64,000 nucleotides of DNA from Oopsacas minuta (GCA_024704765.1 JAKMXF010000177.1:496001-560000); one strand, 5' to 3'; positions 24,254-39,300 are shown, numbered from the stretch's first letter. Numbers and translations are program-made. Notes: generated by a model not told the origin, from the sequence alone.

Positions 24254-24395
24254 TATATAGATACACTCAACATCCGTTAACTCGAACCCTCGCTATCTCG
24301 AACAGATTTTTATTCTCCTGAGGGTTCGAATTCCCCGATGTTAATTGTATTATTATTCTCAATCGTTAGCTTGAGACGGATTTGTAAATTTAGAA

Positions 24396-27300
24396 ATGCC
24401 GAAGAAATGTGAAAATAAATGTGAAGAATCTCATGGATGGTCATTTCCAGACAAAGCATCATTTTGCATGTTCTGTAATGGTCCTCTCATATTGGATACC
24501 GGCCAGGTCGTTATTACACATGTTGAATCTCACGAGGGGAGTAATGTAGATCAACTGCATGAGACTCATGAAAACCAAACATCTGCTACAAGTACTGCTG
24601 AACGACCATCTGCTAAGGCCAATGCCAAAGATCTTTTTGAACCAAAACCTTCCGAACTTGATTCTGACCCTAATCATACCAAGTGTACTGCTGAACCTGC
24701 ATCTGCCAAAGGTACTGCTGAACAAACATCTACCAAAGGTACTGCTGAACCTACATCTGTCAAAGGTACTGCTGAACAAACATCTGCCAAAGGTACTGCT
24801 GAACCTACATCTTCCATAGGTACTGCTGAACCTACATCTGTCAAAGGTACTGCTGAACAAACATCTGCCAAAGGTACTGCTGAACCTACATCTTCCATAG
24901 GTACTGCTGAACAAACATCTGCCAAAGGTACTGCTGAACCTACATCTTCCATAGGTACTGCTGAACAAACATCTGCCAAAGGTACTGCTGAACAAACATC
25001 TGTCAAAGGTACTGTTGAACCTACATCTGTCAAGGGTACTGCTGAACCTACATCTACCAAAGGTACAGCTGAACAAACATCTGCCAAAGGTACTGCTGAA
25101 CAAACATCTGTCAAAGGTACTGTTGAACCTACATCTGCCAAAGGTACTGCTGAACAAACATCTACCAAAGGTACTGCTGAATCTACATCTACCAAAGGTA
25201 CAGCTGAACAAACATCTGCCAAAGGTACTGTTGAACAAACATCTGTCATAGGTACTGCTGAACAAACATCTGCCAAAGGTACTGCTGAACAAACATCTAC
25301 CAAAGGTACTGCTGAACCTACATCTGTCAAAGGTACTGCTGAACAAACATCTGTCAAAGGTACTGTTGAACCTACATCTGTCAAGGGTACTGCTGAACTT
25401 ACATCTACCAAAGGTACTGCTGAATCTACATCTACCAAAGGTACAGCTGAACAAACATCTGCCAAAGGTACTGCTGAACAAACATCTGTCAAAGGTACTG
25501 TTGAACCTACATCTGCCAAAGGTACTGCTGAACAAACATCTACCAAAGGTACTGCTGAACCTACATCTGTCAAAGGTACTGCTGAACAAACATCTGTCAA
25601 AGGTACTGCTGAACCTACATCTGTCAAGGGTACTGCTGAACTTACATCTACCAAAGGTACTGCTGAATCTACATCTACCAAAGGTACAGCTGAACAAACA
25701 TCTGCCAAAGGTACTGCTGAACAAACATCTGTCAAAGGTACTGTTGAACCTACATCTGTCAAGGGTACTGCTGAACCTACATCTACCAAAGGTACAGCTG
25801 AACAAACATCTGCCAAAGGTACTGCTGAACAAACATCTGTCAAAGGTACTGTTGAACCTACATCTGTCAAGGGTACTACTGAACCTACATCTACCAAAGG
25901 TACTGCTGAACCTACATCTTCCATAGGTACAGCTGAACAAACATCTGCCAAAGGTATTGCTGAACAAACATCTGTCAAGGGTGCTGCTGAACCTACATCT
26001 GTCAAAGGTACTGCTGAACAGACATCTGCCAAAGGTACTGCTGAACCTACATCTTCCATAGGTACAGCTGAACAAACATCTGCCAAAGGTATTGCTGAAC
26101 AAACATCTGTCAAGGATACTGCTGAACCTACATCTGTCAAAGGTACTGCTGAACAAACATCTGCCAAAGGTACTGCTGAACCTACATCTTCCATAGGTAC
26201 AGCTGAACAAACATCTGCCAAAGGTATTGCTGAACAAACATCTGTCAAAGGTACTGCTGAACCTACATCTGCCATGGGTACTGGAAATCCTGGGAGACAA
26301 ACTACTAAACCTAATTCTAACAGGCACACTTCCAAGAAAAATCCTGACCAACAAATTGTCAATAGAGATCCAGAAGTACGAATTTCTCCCATTGATTTAA
26401 CTAACCAAGTGCTACCTTTGAATCTTAGAATTTCAGACATTGAACCAAATAACCCAGATTGTATAACAGTACAGTTTTATACAATTATCCTTTGGGATCT
26501 TTGGGAAGAAACTGATGCCATATGTTTAATAACTGGAATTGATAATTTTTCCCATTTTCATTGTCAATTCGATCTCATAGATAGGATAACTATTCAGGAA
26601 ACTGACATAGCTCTTATTACAGGTTGTTTGAGGGTACCGCTGGATAGGATTAAGGCACATACTCTGAAATTTCCTTATAAATATGTCTTTAATGTGAGAG
26701 ACGGAGAGGTGTATGAAGATCTCAATCATTATACAAAAATTAATTTTAACCGCCATTATATGCAAGTATTTCCTCAAAATGACTCAGGTTTGAAGAAAAA
26801 AGTCTATAGACAGTTTGATATGATGATTTTGCCAGAACATCAACAGAAGGAAGAATCAAAAATATCTTTCAAAGGTTTATATTCTTACTTATTCAGCAAA
26901 AAAGACAAACTTATTCCTTACAAAGATGTAAATTATCGTAGATTCTTATCTCTAATAGCATTCCTACCTAAATTTATAGGTCTAGGTTGTTTTCAGGAAC
27001 CTTTAGGTTGTGAGAAGTTGGATAACTTCTTGCAAGCTTTTGAGGAGAGAATTCATAATTTAGTATTTATTTCTATTTCACCTCTTGATACAAATTCTCC
27101 CAGAAATTGGGACTTAGGGGACTATCATTGTGACAAAGCTAGAGAATATATGCTTCATCACTATATACAAAATATCTTTCAAAAGGGTTCACAGTTTATT
27201 CTCAAAGAAAGATTGCTATGTATCTATTTGACAGTTATCTTAATTCACAAATATAAACTAACAGATGATCATTATTTTAGTCAGGTTACAGATGAAATCG

Positions 27301-30300
27301 AGAAACATATACAAGACATAATTTATTCAAACCAATTTGCTTTAGAATACATTAATGATAGATCAGAACTTCAAACAGCTTTTTGTGAATTTATCTTCAA
27401 TTATTTTCCATCTTCTACCAAGTATCATACGAAATATTTTCCACTGATAATATTCTATCACCGTTTATTCAACTTAGCTAAGTGTCAGGCTAACCTTTTA
27501 AAACAGTTAGATTATTCTAACAATGAATATTGGGGATTTCCTGCAAACAGAAAAATATCCAAAAAAACTACACTTTCTAATGAAGTTATCAAGAACGCCA
27601 TCAAGTTATCACATCTAGATACAATCCTACCATACAGCATAATGTATTATTCCTTGGAAAGTCATAATTTCAATTTATTTCAAGAATTTCATATTTCAAA
27701 CCCCACAGTTTTACCTCTATCTGCATTTCTTAGTATACTGTTAGTACGTTTGCCTAAAGGAAATATTGATGTAAATTTATTTAGGAATATCATGAAGTTT
27801 ATACACTCTAGATTATCAGAACCCAATATTCTGAAGTTCTATCTTCCCCTTGAATTTGAACACCTTTTCAAACTAACAATGGATTTATCTTCTCAATTAC
27901 CGACCCCCAGGGTGGGTGAAACTATGTTCTATCTAATTCTTGAACTATTTGCTCTCTTATGCACAGCTATTGATAATATTGCTGATAATAAAAGCACTCC
28001 AGAAAACATGCAATCTATATTCCAGTTTATTAAAAGATGGTATAATGATAAATTTTTTAATATTCATCTAAATATAACCGACTTAAAACGAGAAATGGAT
28101 TTTTGGGATAAAGTCATCACTCAAAATTTCCCTGCTCATCTCCAATGGCCTCTAATTACTATGGATTTTGTAGAGTTGTGTTTGAAGAATACTAATTTGC
28201 TATTACCTCTTTATACCGATTTATTCATCTATGTTCATAACAAACTGGGAGACTGCCTGAAGAATTTATTCCGTAAAGAAATGATTGATAGATTAAAATT
28301 ATCAGATACAAATTCAAGGAATAAGGTGGTGAATCAAATCAAGGTTTTGGATCATGTACAATTACGACATATTGATACTATTTTCAGTTCTATCCTACTG
28401 GATGAACGAGAACATTTTCTCAAAAACAAAATTAAACACTTGTTTGAATGGCCTTCTTGGGTACATTATTTTGAACTCTTTTCTACCACATCTGAATTAT
28501 TTGAACACATGAGTGAGGAGACGAAAAGTTTGCTTGATACAGCAATAAGCACATTTCAAAATCTCATAAAGTCATTCTGTACCCATCAGGTACGAATATG
28601 TGATGTAACACTCATCAGCAGCGAACAACAGCATTTTCTTACGCTTGCAAAGCTTGTCCTACACAAAGGATCTGATTATGATTACTCTCTACAAGATGTA
28701 GAAATAGCCTTTAAATATTGTGTTTCTGCTGCAAACTGGATTCAATCTCACTTCAGTCATTTGGAAAATCTAGGAAAATTATTTTTCTTTATTCAAAATT
28801 TTAAGGCTGATATTATCCAAGAAATTTTAACCGTGAAAATACACTTCGATCTTACACTTGCTGAAATAGCCGAAATAAATGATGAAAATTTCCAATTTAT
28901 AATCTTTCCAGAAGTTAATAATGTTATACAATCTCTCCATTTCCTACCGATATCTAATTCTATTCGCTATTTACAAGATTCTGCTATTTTTAAAAGTACC
29001 ATCAATGATGTATATCGTCATTCATTGTGTTCTCAAAAAACAGAATTCAATTTCGATCTCTTCTGTACTCATGTTTGGTTACCAGCCGTAAACACAATTG
29101 GAGAAATATTAAATACTACTTGTGACCAATCAATACTCCTATCTAGTGTGGATAAACTTTTTGGAAAACTAAATGAACATGGTGAGATACTCAACGAATT
29201 TGAATCTTTATCTTTTGGTTATCAGAAAACACAGAACAAATCAATAAAAGAAATACCAGAACTCCCCCAATCTTGTAATAGTATAGCTCTATACTATACT
29301 CTAAATAAGTGTTGCGATGCAGCAGCCAAGTTACTTGAACTAAGAACTGCTTTTTCTATCAAGAGCGATTTTCGTTTAATTAATGATCTTAATAATGTCA
29401 AAAGTAATCTCGGAAATAAACCTCTCTCTATTATTGATGATAACTTCTCCCATACAGCTCTGTCTCTGAAAGAATTCACTAAAGAGAATATACATTTATT
29501 GAATAAAATATTAAGCAAGATTGAATTCATTAAATGGGTTAAGAACAACATGAATGATCTGAATGATCTGAAAACCTTCGTGGAAATAGCTCTAACTACA
29601 TCAAGTGGAGACGGTGCTGAAACAGATCGCATCATGATTCTACACTCAGTCTGCACTAACTTTGCTCCAATAATATTCTCTATAAACAGAGATACCACAT
29701 ATGATTATCTCATTGAGAGATGTAAAGAAGTATTCACTATCGTAAACATTAACAATCAGTTAATTGGAATGCTCGAGTACGCCTCTGAAAATATCTGTTT
29801 CTGGGAAGAATTGAAAAGATCTCAGGGATCCTTGGAAGAAGGAGCACTCATGCAACTTGAAAAGATTGTTTCATCTGGAATATTCAATATTTCTACAATT
29901 CATTCATTCATTCCTATGCAGATGATATCTCTAACTATTCGGAAAGTAGGAAAAGAGCGAAAAGAGAAGTGTTATGATATGGAACAGTTGAAAGATCTTA
30001 GAAGCAAGCTTACTCTTGTAGTAGGAAAACATGACATAAATCCTCAAACTGCTATTATTGCAGAGAGCTATCAGAATGCTACCAAGTTCAACAACATTTT
30101 TGACCTCATTTCTGACCTGGCTAGCATAATTAGCGAATTAGCTGAGACTGGGAATATGCGATACTTTGATTATACATTCTCTTGTAACTTACAGGGAGCT
30201 TACAAGGTTGAAACCGAAATACAACGTACAAGAGATAATCTAACTCAATGTAAAATCAGGTTAGAAGAAGTAAGAAGAGATTGCTACTTCCTGAATTTCT

Positions 30301-33300
30301 ATACTATTGCACAACTTGTCTTACTTCAAAAAGGAATACGTGCTTTCATTGAAAGGTCTGATCAAAATAGCCAGGAACAACTTTATCATTTGCTCAGTTT
30401 ACTTAACCCAGACATCAACAGACAAGATATACAATCAGCTCTTAAGGAATCGGATATTAGCTCTTCTACAAAATCAGTTAATCATATCAATGCTGGTACT
30501 CATATCAATGCTGGTACTCATTCCAAAACTACTCGCTTTCATTCCTTAGCCAGAACAAGTAATTATTCATTTATTAAGACTACTAGTCATATGCCTGTTA
30601 TACCTAAAGAAATATCTGGTGAAGATAAAGAAGTACATTTCCCTCAACACTTCTCTCACAGTGAGATAGAGATTGCAGAGAAGTTAAGCACTTTTTGTGA
30701 TTTTCCTCTCTTACTAGTCATTGAAGGGATTACGGCAATAAAGAGTAAAACAGATGTAGTGACAGAACAAGCACTCATAGGATGGTGTATGCAGAAACCC
30801 ACTTCGGATAATGTGGATGAAGATAGTGACGTCAGTTCTGGAGAAGAATCTATTGAACTTATCTCAGCGGAGAGAGATGACAGGTCAATCCATATACACA
30901 CTCCAACTCCATCAACAGAGGAGACTGTTAGTAGTGAAGTCGAGTATATTGATATGCTTAAATTGGGTAACTTCCTCGAATTAATTAATCGCAATTCGAA
31001 TAATCAGATTCGAGGAAATAGACAATTTAATAAAATTTTCAAATTCCAAGAGCCAAATCTTATATTTGTTCCAAATAGTCTTATCTATGAATCCATCCTG
31101 CTGTTATACCAGATATCTCATAAACTGCCTCTGCCTTATCCTAGTGAAGTGCTGCTCTGTTCTGATAGCACAAAGGTTGAAGAGATAGACATATTCTGGA
31201 GAAGAGTAATTTCTAAGTCAGAGTACAACCACTATTACCTGTTCTGTTTAGTCTGCATAGAGAATCTACAATACGAAGTAGCAGTGCAAGCTGTTAGCTT
31301 ACTGAGGAAATATTTACAGATAGAAAAGAAGTCCAATTACAAACTGGTCATTATATGTTCTGAGGAGAAAGAAGAACAATCTTACATGGCAGCGGCCTTA
31401 GAGAACTACAGAAGAACTAGTCATATCGTTAGTACTAGTATCAGTCAGGATATCAGTAAGTATGTGCAGAACAAACTCTCTCAGAGACTTTCTTATAATA
31501 TCACAGAATCAGCTTGGGTTGTTGACAGAGAAAGGTCTCGAGTTAGATTAGTAGTATCAAATAGTGTAGGAGCAGGTAAGTCCCTATATATAAGCAATCT
31601 CAAATCAGAACTGTTGAATAAAGATGGCCTGAGTCGGGATGAGATAGAGCGGGCTGTAGTGACTGTAGCTATTCACGGGAAGCAATTTTCTGAAGAACAT
31701 CTAGCTAAACAGCTGTTGAATCGATGTGTTTATGATCTTGAACACGGAGTTTTGTTTCATTTGGACATTTCTTCTACTGTCCAGTTAGGTCTAGAACCGA
31801 TTCTATTCAAACTTCTAATATTAGGCTGGATAAGTGAGAGATCAGGGAAGTTATGGCATTGTAGAGGGAAAGATTATTTCGTCATCGAGACAACAGTTAA
31901 TACTCAAATGAAGAAATTTGACCGATTCATTCAAATGTTTCCGACTATACAATGCATTCAGCCTATCCAAGCAATGAATACTCGTTTAATAACCGAAAAG
32001 AAACAGATCCAAGCATTCGATTTGCTTGAATTAAACAAGGAGGAATTTCAAAGAACATTTGCTTACTTGAAACACATGGAATCGGGTCAGAACCTTGATG
32101 TATTCAATTATGAAAGCGCTGTATTCCAAAGGAGAAATCCTTCAGAGATATTGCAGGTTTTACTGAAGTATTGTGGAATCCAGCAACCATCCTGGACAGA
32201 GATTAAAAACTTTGTAACATTCCTAAGTAAGCAATTATCAGACTGTGATAACTCATATTACTGTTTAACCGGAATGATGGGCTCGGAATGGGTTGGTTTC
32301 AAATCATTTGTTGTGAAGTTCTTGATTTATATGTCTAGGGATTTTGCCACCCCTTCTCTACGAGACGATGTGGATAACTTGACAAAAGATCTATTAGAAG
32401 TTTATGAAATTGTAAAGAGAAGAAAATGGGAAAACAGCTCCCATCCTTACATATTCTTCAATCCAGACAGACAAACAATGACATTCTTAGGTTTCCAAGT
32501 TTCCAATCAAGGACATCTATACTACTCTGAAGATCCAACTGTTATCGTAGAAGCTAACATACTTGAACCCAAGTTGTTGAAAATGCTGGAACTCAACAAA
32601 GTGAATCTTAATGAAAATTATCAGCTGTTGGACAAATCTCAAAAGATTGAGAAACTCGCTAAGGTCATGGATTTGGAATGGGTGTTAGATCCAGATCCTG
32701 GTTATGTGTTAACTCTTGACAATATGAGAAAGATATTAGCCATTTTAATGCGATTCAGATGTAACATTCCAGTTGTTGTAATGGGAGAGACAGGTTGTGG
32801 AAAGACAAGACTAATTCAGTTTATGTGTGCATTACAAGTCGGAGCTACTAACATGTTAATACTGAAAGTACATGGTGGTACTACCGAGAAGGATGTAATG
32901 TCTAAAGTAGAAGAAGCTGAGGCGTTAGCTATGAAGAATTTTCATGACCACAATATCGATACAGTATTGTTTTTTGATGAAGCTAACACTAGTCCAGCCA
33001 TTGGTCTAATCAAAGAGATTATGTGTGACAGGAGAATGTACGGTAGACATATCAGTAGCAACATTAGGCTACAGTTCATTGCAGCTTGTAATCCTTATCG
33101 TAGACACACGAAGGAGATGTTGAACAAGCTGAGTACTGCTGGTCTTGGATTCTTCACCAAAGCAAGTGAGACCACAGATAGGCTGGGAGACATTCCTCTC
33201 CGTGAGTTAGTATACAGGGTTATGGAGCTTCCTGCTAGTCTGCGTCCACTGGTGTGGGATTTCGGTCAACTTAGTAACAACATAGAGAAAACTTACACAC

Positions 33301-36300
33301 GTGAGATAGTAGCAAAACACCTCCGAGATCACAACAGTCCAATTGAAGCAAGTGAAGCTATAGTAGTTGTAATAAGTAATGTACTTGCTGATGCTCAAAA
33401 CTTTATGAGGGAGGGGAGGGATGAGTGTAGCTTTGTGAGTTTGCGAGATATAGAGAGAGCTATGCGGGTTATGCTTTGGTTCTATAAAATGCTCGAATTC
33501 TTAGCTCCCGATTATTCGAAGGAGCCCTCTCATACTTCTACTGATGATTCATCCTCTGTAATAACCTCTATCTCCTCCTTCATTACCACTCGTGATACTC
33601 CGACCCTGGCTCCTGTTCCATCAGCTATACCTCCATTCCAACCCTTGAGAAATTATAGTGTCCCTGTGGCCGCCGAAAGAACAATTTTTTCCACCGTAGA
33701 ATCTAATACAAGATCTCCTGAAAGAGTTCGCCCTCCAGTTTATCGTATTGAAGAAATTACTCCAAACACCATTAATGGTATTGATAAAATCAGTTATAGC
33801 TTAATCTTAACATTGGCTGTGTGCTACAGAGCTCGGCTACAAAAACGAACTGCCTTTGACAGGCGAATAGCTAACCACTTCCAAAATCCTCTCACTCCTA
33901 TCCCAAATTATACAGTGATTGATAGAGAAATTGACAGATGTCAACAGAATATATTAGACCAGATGAAAGTAGGCGAACATATTGCAAAGAACAAAGCACT
34001 TAAAGAAAATGTTTTTATGATGTTTGTGTGCATCGAGCTAAAAATTCCTCTTTTCGTAATCGGTAAGCCAGGAAGTTCAAAATCCCTGGCTAAAACTATA
34101 ATATCAAACAATATGCAAGGAAATAAATGTGATGATAAATCTCTTCTTAGGAACTTCAAACAGGTACACATAATGTCATACCAGTGTAGTCAGCTGTCTA
34201 CAGCTGAAGGCATCATTGGAGTATTTAAGAACTGTAGGAACATGCAAAAAAAGACCCAGAGTAGTAAGTTTGTGTCTTGTGTTGTATTGGATGAAGTGGG
34301 GTTGGCAGAAGACTCTCCGCTCTTGCCATTGAAGGTACTCCACCCCCTACTAGAGGACTGCAGATACGGGTCAGATGGAAATAACGAACATAATGAGGAA
34401 TTCTCTTCGGTTAGTTACAAGCCTGATGGTTATCATGAAGAAATGGACAGGGAATCTGATGATTCTGTAGATCAGGTAGCATTCATTGGTATATCCAACT
34501 GGTCTCTTGATCCGGCTAAGATGAATCGAGGGATTATGGTAGCGAGAGGAGATCCAAATCATGAGGAATTGTTGTCAAGTGCTTATGAAATTTGTCAATC
34601 CAGCCCAGTCGACCCAGAATTTCTAAAGAGCATAGATGAATGCATCCCTAGCCTAGCCAAAGCGTATCTGAAGTTGGTGGAAACTACTCATACAACAAGG
34701 GAGTATTATGGGCTACGAGATTTCTACAGTCTAATCAAGATGTTGGTATTTCTCTGCAATGAATATAAAGTACCATTAACACTATCCATACTTAAGCATT
34801 GTGTGTATAGGAACTTTGGGGGAGCTACTGACAATAAAGCATTACAGCTATTCTTACAATTAGTAAAGTTACCTGATAATCCAGGAGGTCCAGATAGCTC
34901 TCCTTTGGGATTAATCCGAGCTAACTTATCAAGCTTTTCCACATCTTTCTATGGTGAAACACGTTACCTCCTACTTCTCACAGAGAACTATTCAGCTCTT
35001 AATATCCTATTGAAGTCCTCCGACATGTGGCCTGATAATAAATTTGATGACATTCGTGTTATATTTGGTTCTAACTTCCCAAGAGACCAAGAGTACTCTA
35101 CGGTATGTAGAAACATTAATAAAATCAAAGTGTGCATGGAATCAGGTAAAACTGTAATCCTACTCAATCTAGAAAATCTATATGAGAGTTTGTATGACGC
35201 TCTCAACCAGTACTATATGAAGATATATGATCAGAGATATGTAGATCTTGGGTTAGGCACACATCGAATGAAGTGCAGAGTTCATGGAAACTTCAAGCTT
35301 ATTGTAATTGCAGATACAGATACTGTGTATACTACGTTTCCAACTCCGCTGATAAATCGTCTTGAGAAACATTTCTTAACTATGTCTACTGTACTATCTG
35401 ATACTGGTACATTGATGTCGAAACAACTAGCAAAATGGGCTATTGAATTCTCTACTATAGATAAGAATACATCTATAGGATTTCAAAGGAGAGGCGATTT
35501 CACTGTGGGAGACTGTTTTATTGGTTATCATGAGGACACTCCTTCTTCCATTGTATTTCACGTGATGAAGGAGATGTATCCAGATGATACAACTACTGAT
35601 TCAGAAATTGATAGGAATGCAGTGTTTGAAAGAAGTCAAACACTGTTGTTAAGAATGGCTACTACAGATGCTGTATTACGGGTAAAGAACAGTTTTCTCT
35701 CCAATCAGTCAGAGATTATTATAGCAGAATATTTCAGACTTCAGTTAGGTAGTCTTGTTGAGTACCTGAGACAGGCATTGAATGGTATATGTAGACATCA
35801 GGCAGGAGCACACCTCACCCTAGCTACAACTCATTCAAGACTCTTGACAGACAGAGATGTAGATCAGTTGAAACAGGGTCTCTCCACAGATTCAGACACA
35901 GATACGATTGAAATAACTAGTCTCTCTCTACAACAGTTCCAGACAGAGCAGCAATACACCCGTGAGATTCAGAAGTTCTTGAGAGGGGAAACAGAGATTG
36001 AAACAAAGGAAGGTATACACAAAAAGATATTGCTTGTTCAGTGTGAGAGAGGGGCAGACAATGCTAAACTGATTGCTTGTGCTCGTCATAAGGCAGTAGA
36101 TGAGTTGAAGGATTGGAGAGAAGAGAAACGAGAATATGCGTTTGAAGTATGTTTGGTATTCTTGATTCAGCTGAGTAGAGAAGCACATGGGAGTAAATTC
36201 GTAAGTTTCTGTGGAGGAGACTGGAACACAGTACACATTGATGATATACGTTCCCTTAACTACACAGAACTGCCTCCTATTACTCATCTAATTCAGACAC

Positions 36301-39300
36301 AAATTTATCAACTGTTTGAATACCAAGAGGTTCGTATATTTAAGGAGATGCCTTGGTGGCATTGCCGAACTAGGCTCCCGAGTCAGGGTGGGCGAAGATG
36401 ACGTATGCCCACCCGACCTATAAATTTTGTATTACGGTGGAGCTGTATCTTGGGTGGGCAGGTGTCCACAGAGTTGTACGCGGGCCAAAAATTATTACCG
36501 CGATTAGAAATTTCGGCCCACGTGCAACTCTGGGTGACCACTCAAAATGGCTCTAGTTGGGCCTTTGCGCTGATAGCATGAACTTATGTACCACGTTTGT
36601 AAGGCCGATATGCCGATCCTGTACAATATATCAGCCCAATTAACATGAAAATTGATATGCGAATTATGATTTTCATATTTTGATGCATTGAAGCGAGTAT
36701 TGGAACGTTCAAATAATCCTTGGTTTGTTTCAAAGGCTAAACCATTTATTTGTATTCTATTTAGGAAGTTGAAGTCTTTCCAGCTGCCTTTTGTCGGACT
36801 ACCAGATTGCAACAATGCGTCCAATCTGCAATCTCAAGACTGGTAGATATGAATGGGAGCGAGAAGAGAACATTGACAAGGATGCAGCAGTTTATTGAAC
36901 TAATAGACGGCAGTGGTAACAATAGTAAGTACTATACGAACACAGTTAATACAAATTTACCGGATAATATGTACAAATATTTATATTTACACAAAATCAG
37001 GTCCCCACAATGGTTTTTCAATTGATATTGCTCTGATTAATACGTACTGCGGACAAGAAGTACAATTTCGAATCGTGTTCGTATTAACGAGGTTCTACTT
37101 TTGTATAAACAAAATACGTTGTGTATCATATTACCCATAGAATGAAAGATACAATGACACATTTGCACTGATAATGACGCCATTACTGAAGTAAACTTCC
37201 GTTATAACGAACTGGTTCTTTATCCCTTTTACCCTGAAAGAAATATATTTTCTCCTCTTAGAACGAAGGTCCGCTTATAACAAATGCACCCTAAAGTCCT
37301 GATCACTTTCACTTTTATTATAACGAGAGTTTCCTATTTGTAATTTCGCATTTTTAGGATTGTCAGATGTTAATATTATGTTATCTCTCAAATGAGTACC
37401 TCCTTGTGATAATGGCCATATATGTTATGGGCAGTTTGCAAGATGCTCACTTTTAGCTAAAATTATAAATTTTTAGACCAACCCTACAGAACTAGTAAGT
37501 CATGTTATTTCTAATACCAAAAAATAGGAATGGCTGTAACAACTTGCTTACTAAAAATGGTTAAGTCAACAACCTGATGAAGTTTTGTACCATATATTTA
37601 CGAATAACCTGAGGATCCTGTCATCCTAAGATAAATTACTTATACTCTATGATGATTGATTATTGATTATTTTCTGAAATATTGATTGATATCCAAATAT
37701 TTTCAGATTTAATCTGGAAATCATTTGGATTCTACCTATTGAATTTTATGGAGAAGCATACCTGTTTTGATACCTCATTTTATAACAAGATTGTTTCAAA
37801 CCTCAATGACGTTTACGACTCCGTACAAAGATATATGATGAATATTATCAGTTGAGTAATATCAGGATAATGTAGACTCATGGGTTCCTCTGAATAAGAT
37901 TATAACAAATGGAAACTACGTAAATATGTACGTACCTATATTTATTGTTGTCAGTAGTGACCCCATGAGTACTCACTATTGTACTTATTCCTACCTGTGA
38001 CATGAAGCTAGTTAGCTACAAGTATAAGTACACTAATGAATAATATCCTAATTCTTATATTTGTAAAATGGTAGCATCAGGACAATCTCTTAAGTACCGA
38101 CCTAAAAGTTGGTACAGAAGGTTAACTTCCTTCTGGATAATACACGAATTCATTATCATCAACAAGCTAGCTTGGCCTAGTGTGATATCTGCTTTTGGCA
38201 TACAAGTAATTCCATTTACAAGTGTAGTATTTTCTGGTCACATTGGCGTTGGCACGTATTTCGACGGAGCATCACTGGCGTTGTCATTTGCTAATGTTAC
38301 AGGTACCTCCATTGTAGTAGGACTTAGTTCAGGTATGGATACACTCTGTTCTCAAGCTTACGGAGGTAAGAACTACCGTCTTGTGGGCGTATATTTCCAG
38401 CGCGCTATCATGCTTTGCTTACTTGTGTGTTTCCCAATTTGGGCATTGTGGTTGAACGCTGAATCCATTCTGATTCTGTTGCATCAAGATAAAGATGTAG
38501 CTGCTGTGGCTGGTAAATACCTCAGGATATTATGTGTTGCTAAGCCAGCTGTGGTAATATTCACTCTATCTACAAAGTTTCTACAGACACAGAATGTAGT
38601 CAATCCTACTATATTCCTAACTATCATAGGAAATGTAGTGAGTATTGGCTGTCAATATCTCTTTGTAGTATATTTAAGATTTGGTGTAGAAGGTTCTGCT
38701 ATCTCTGTCTCGATAGCATATTGGTCTTTAGCTATTTTGTATATCATCTACATCCGTTGTTCTTCTCTCTATCATACTTCTTGGCCGGGTTGGACTTGTG
38801 ATGCCTTCACAGGTTGGTTACATTATTGTAAGTATGGAATTCCTGGTCTCATAATGGTGGATCTTGAATGGTGGACATATGAAATCGGTTTTTTGGTAGT
38901 TGGAGGTACTAGTCCTTATCCCAAGGTTGACGTTGGTATTTATTCAATTATGTTTGGCATAGCTTCCCAAATATTTATGGTACCACTCGGTTTTTCAGTA
39001 GCTACAATTGTTCGAGTAGGAAATCTATTAGGAGCAAATAATCCTGCTTTAGCTCGTAAGGTAGCATGCTTGTGTATTGGAAATATTATATTTATTGGAA
39101 TTCTATTCTCTGTTGGACTATTCATACTCAGATCTCACTTGCCTTTCTTGTTTACAACAGATCCTTGTATCATTACTGGAGGTATCCAAGCTATCTTCGT
39201 TCTAAATATTTTCCAGAATTTCGATGGATTGCAGTCAGTTGTAGCTGGAGTATTGAAGGGGTGTGGTCGTCAAGGTGTCGCTTCTATCACTAATTTGATT

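Noticed and set aside
24687-26279. 27-bp repeat array as a CRISPR array
   Set aside because: Units are contiguous with no unique spacers, lie in frame in a eukaryotic CDS, and no cas genes are present.
24459-26440. Long minus-strand ORFs (631 aa Cys/Arg/Phe-rich; 588 aa Val/Ala-rich) and Leu/His-rich plus-frame ORFs
   Set aside because: They are alternative-frame shadows of the 27-bp repeat, which happens to lack stops in those frames. The plus frame continues into RNF213.
36330-36401. ORF 24396-36401 as a complete stand-alone 4001-aa gene
   Set aside because: Homology to RNF213 resumes in a phase-matched exon at 36765. The last ~23 codons (VRIFKEMPWW..) are intron read-through into repeat sequence.
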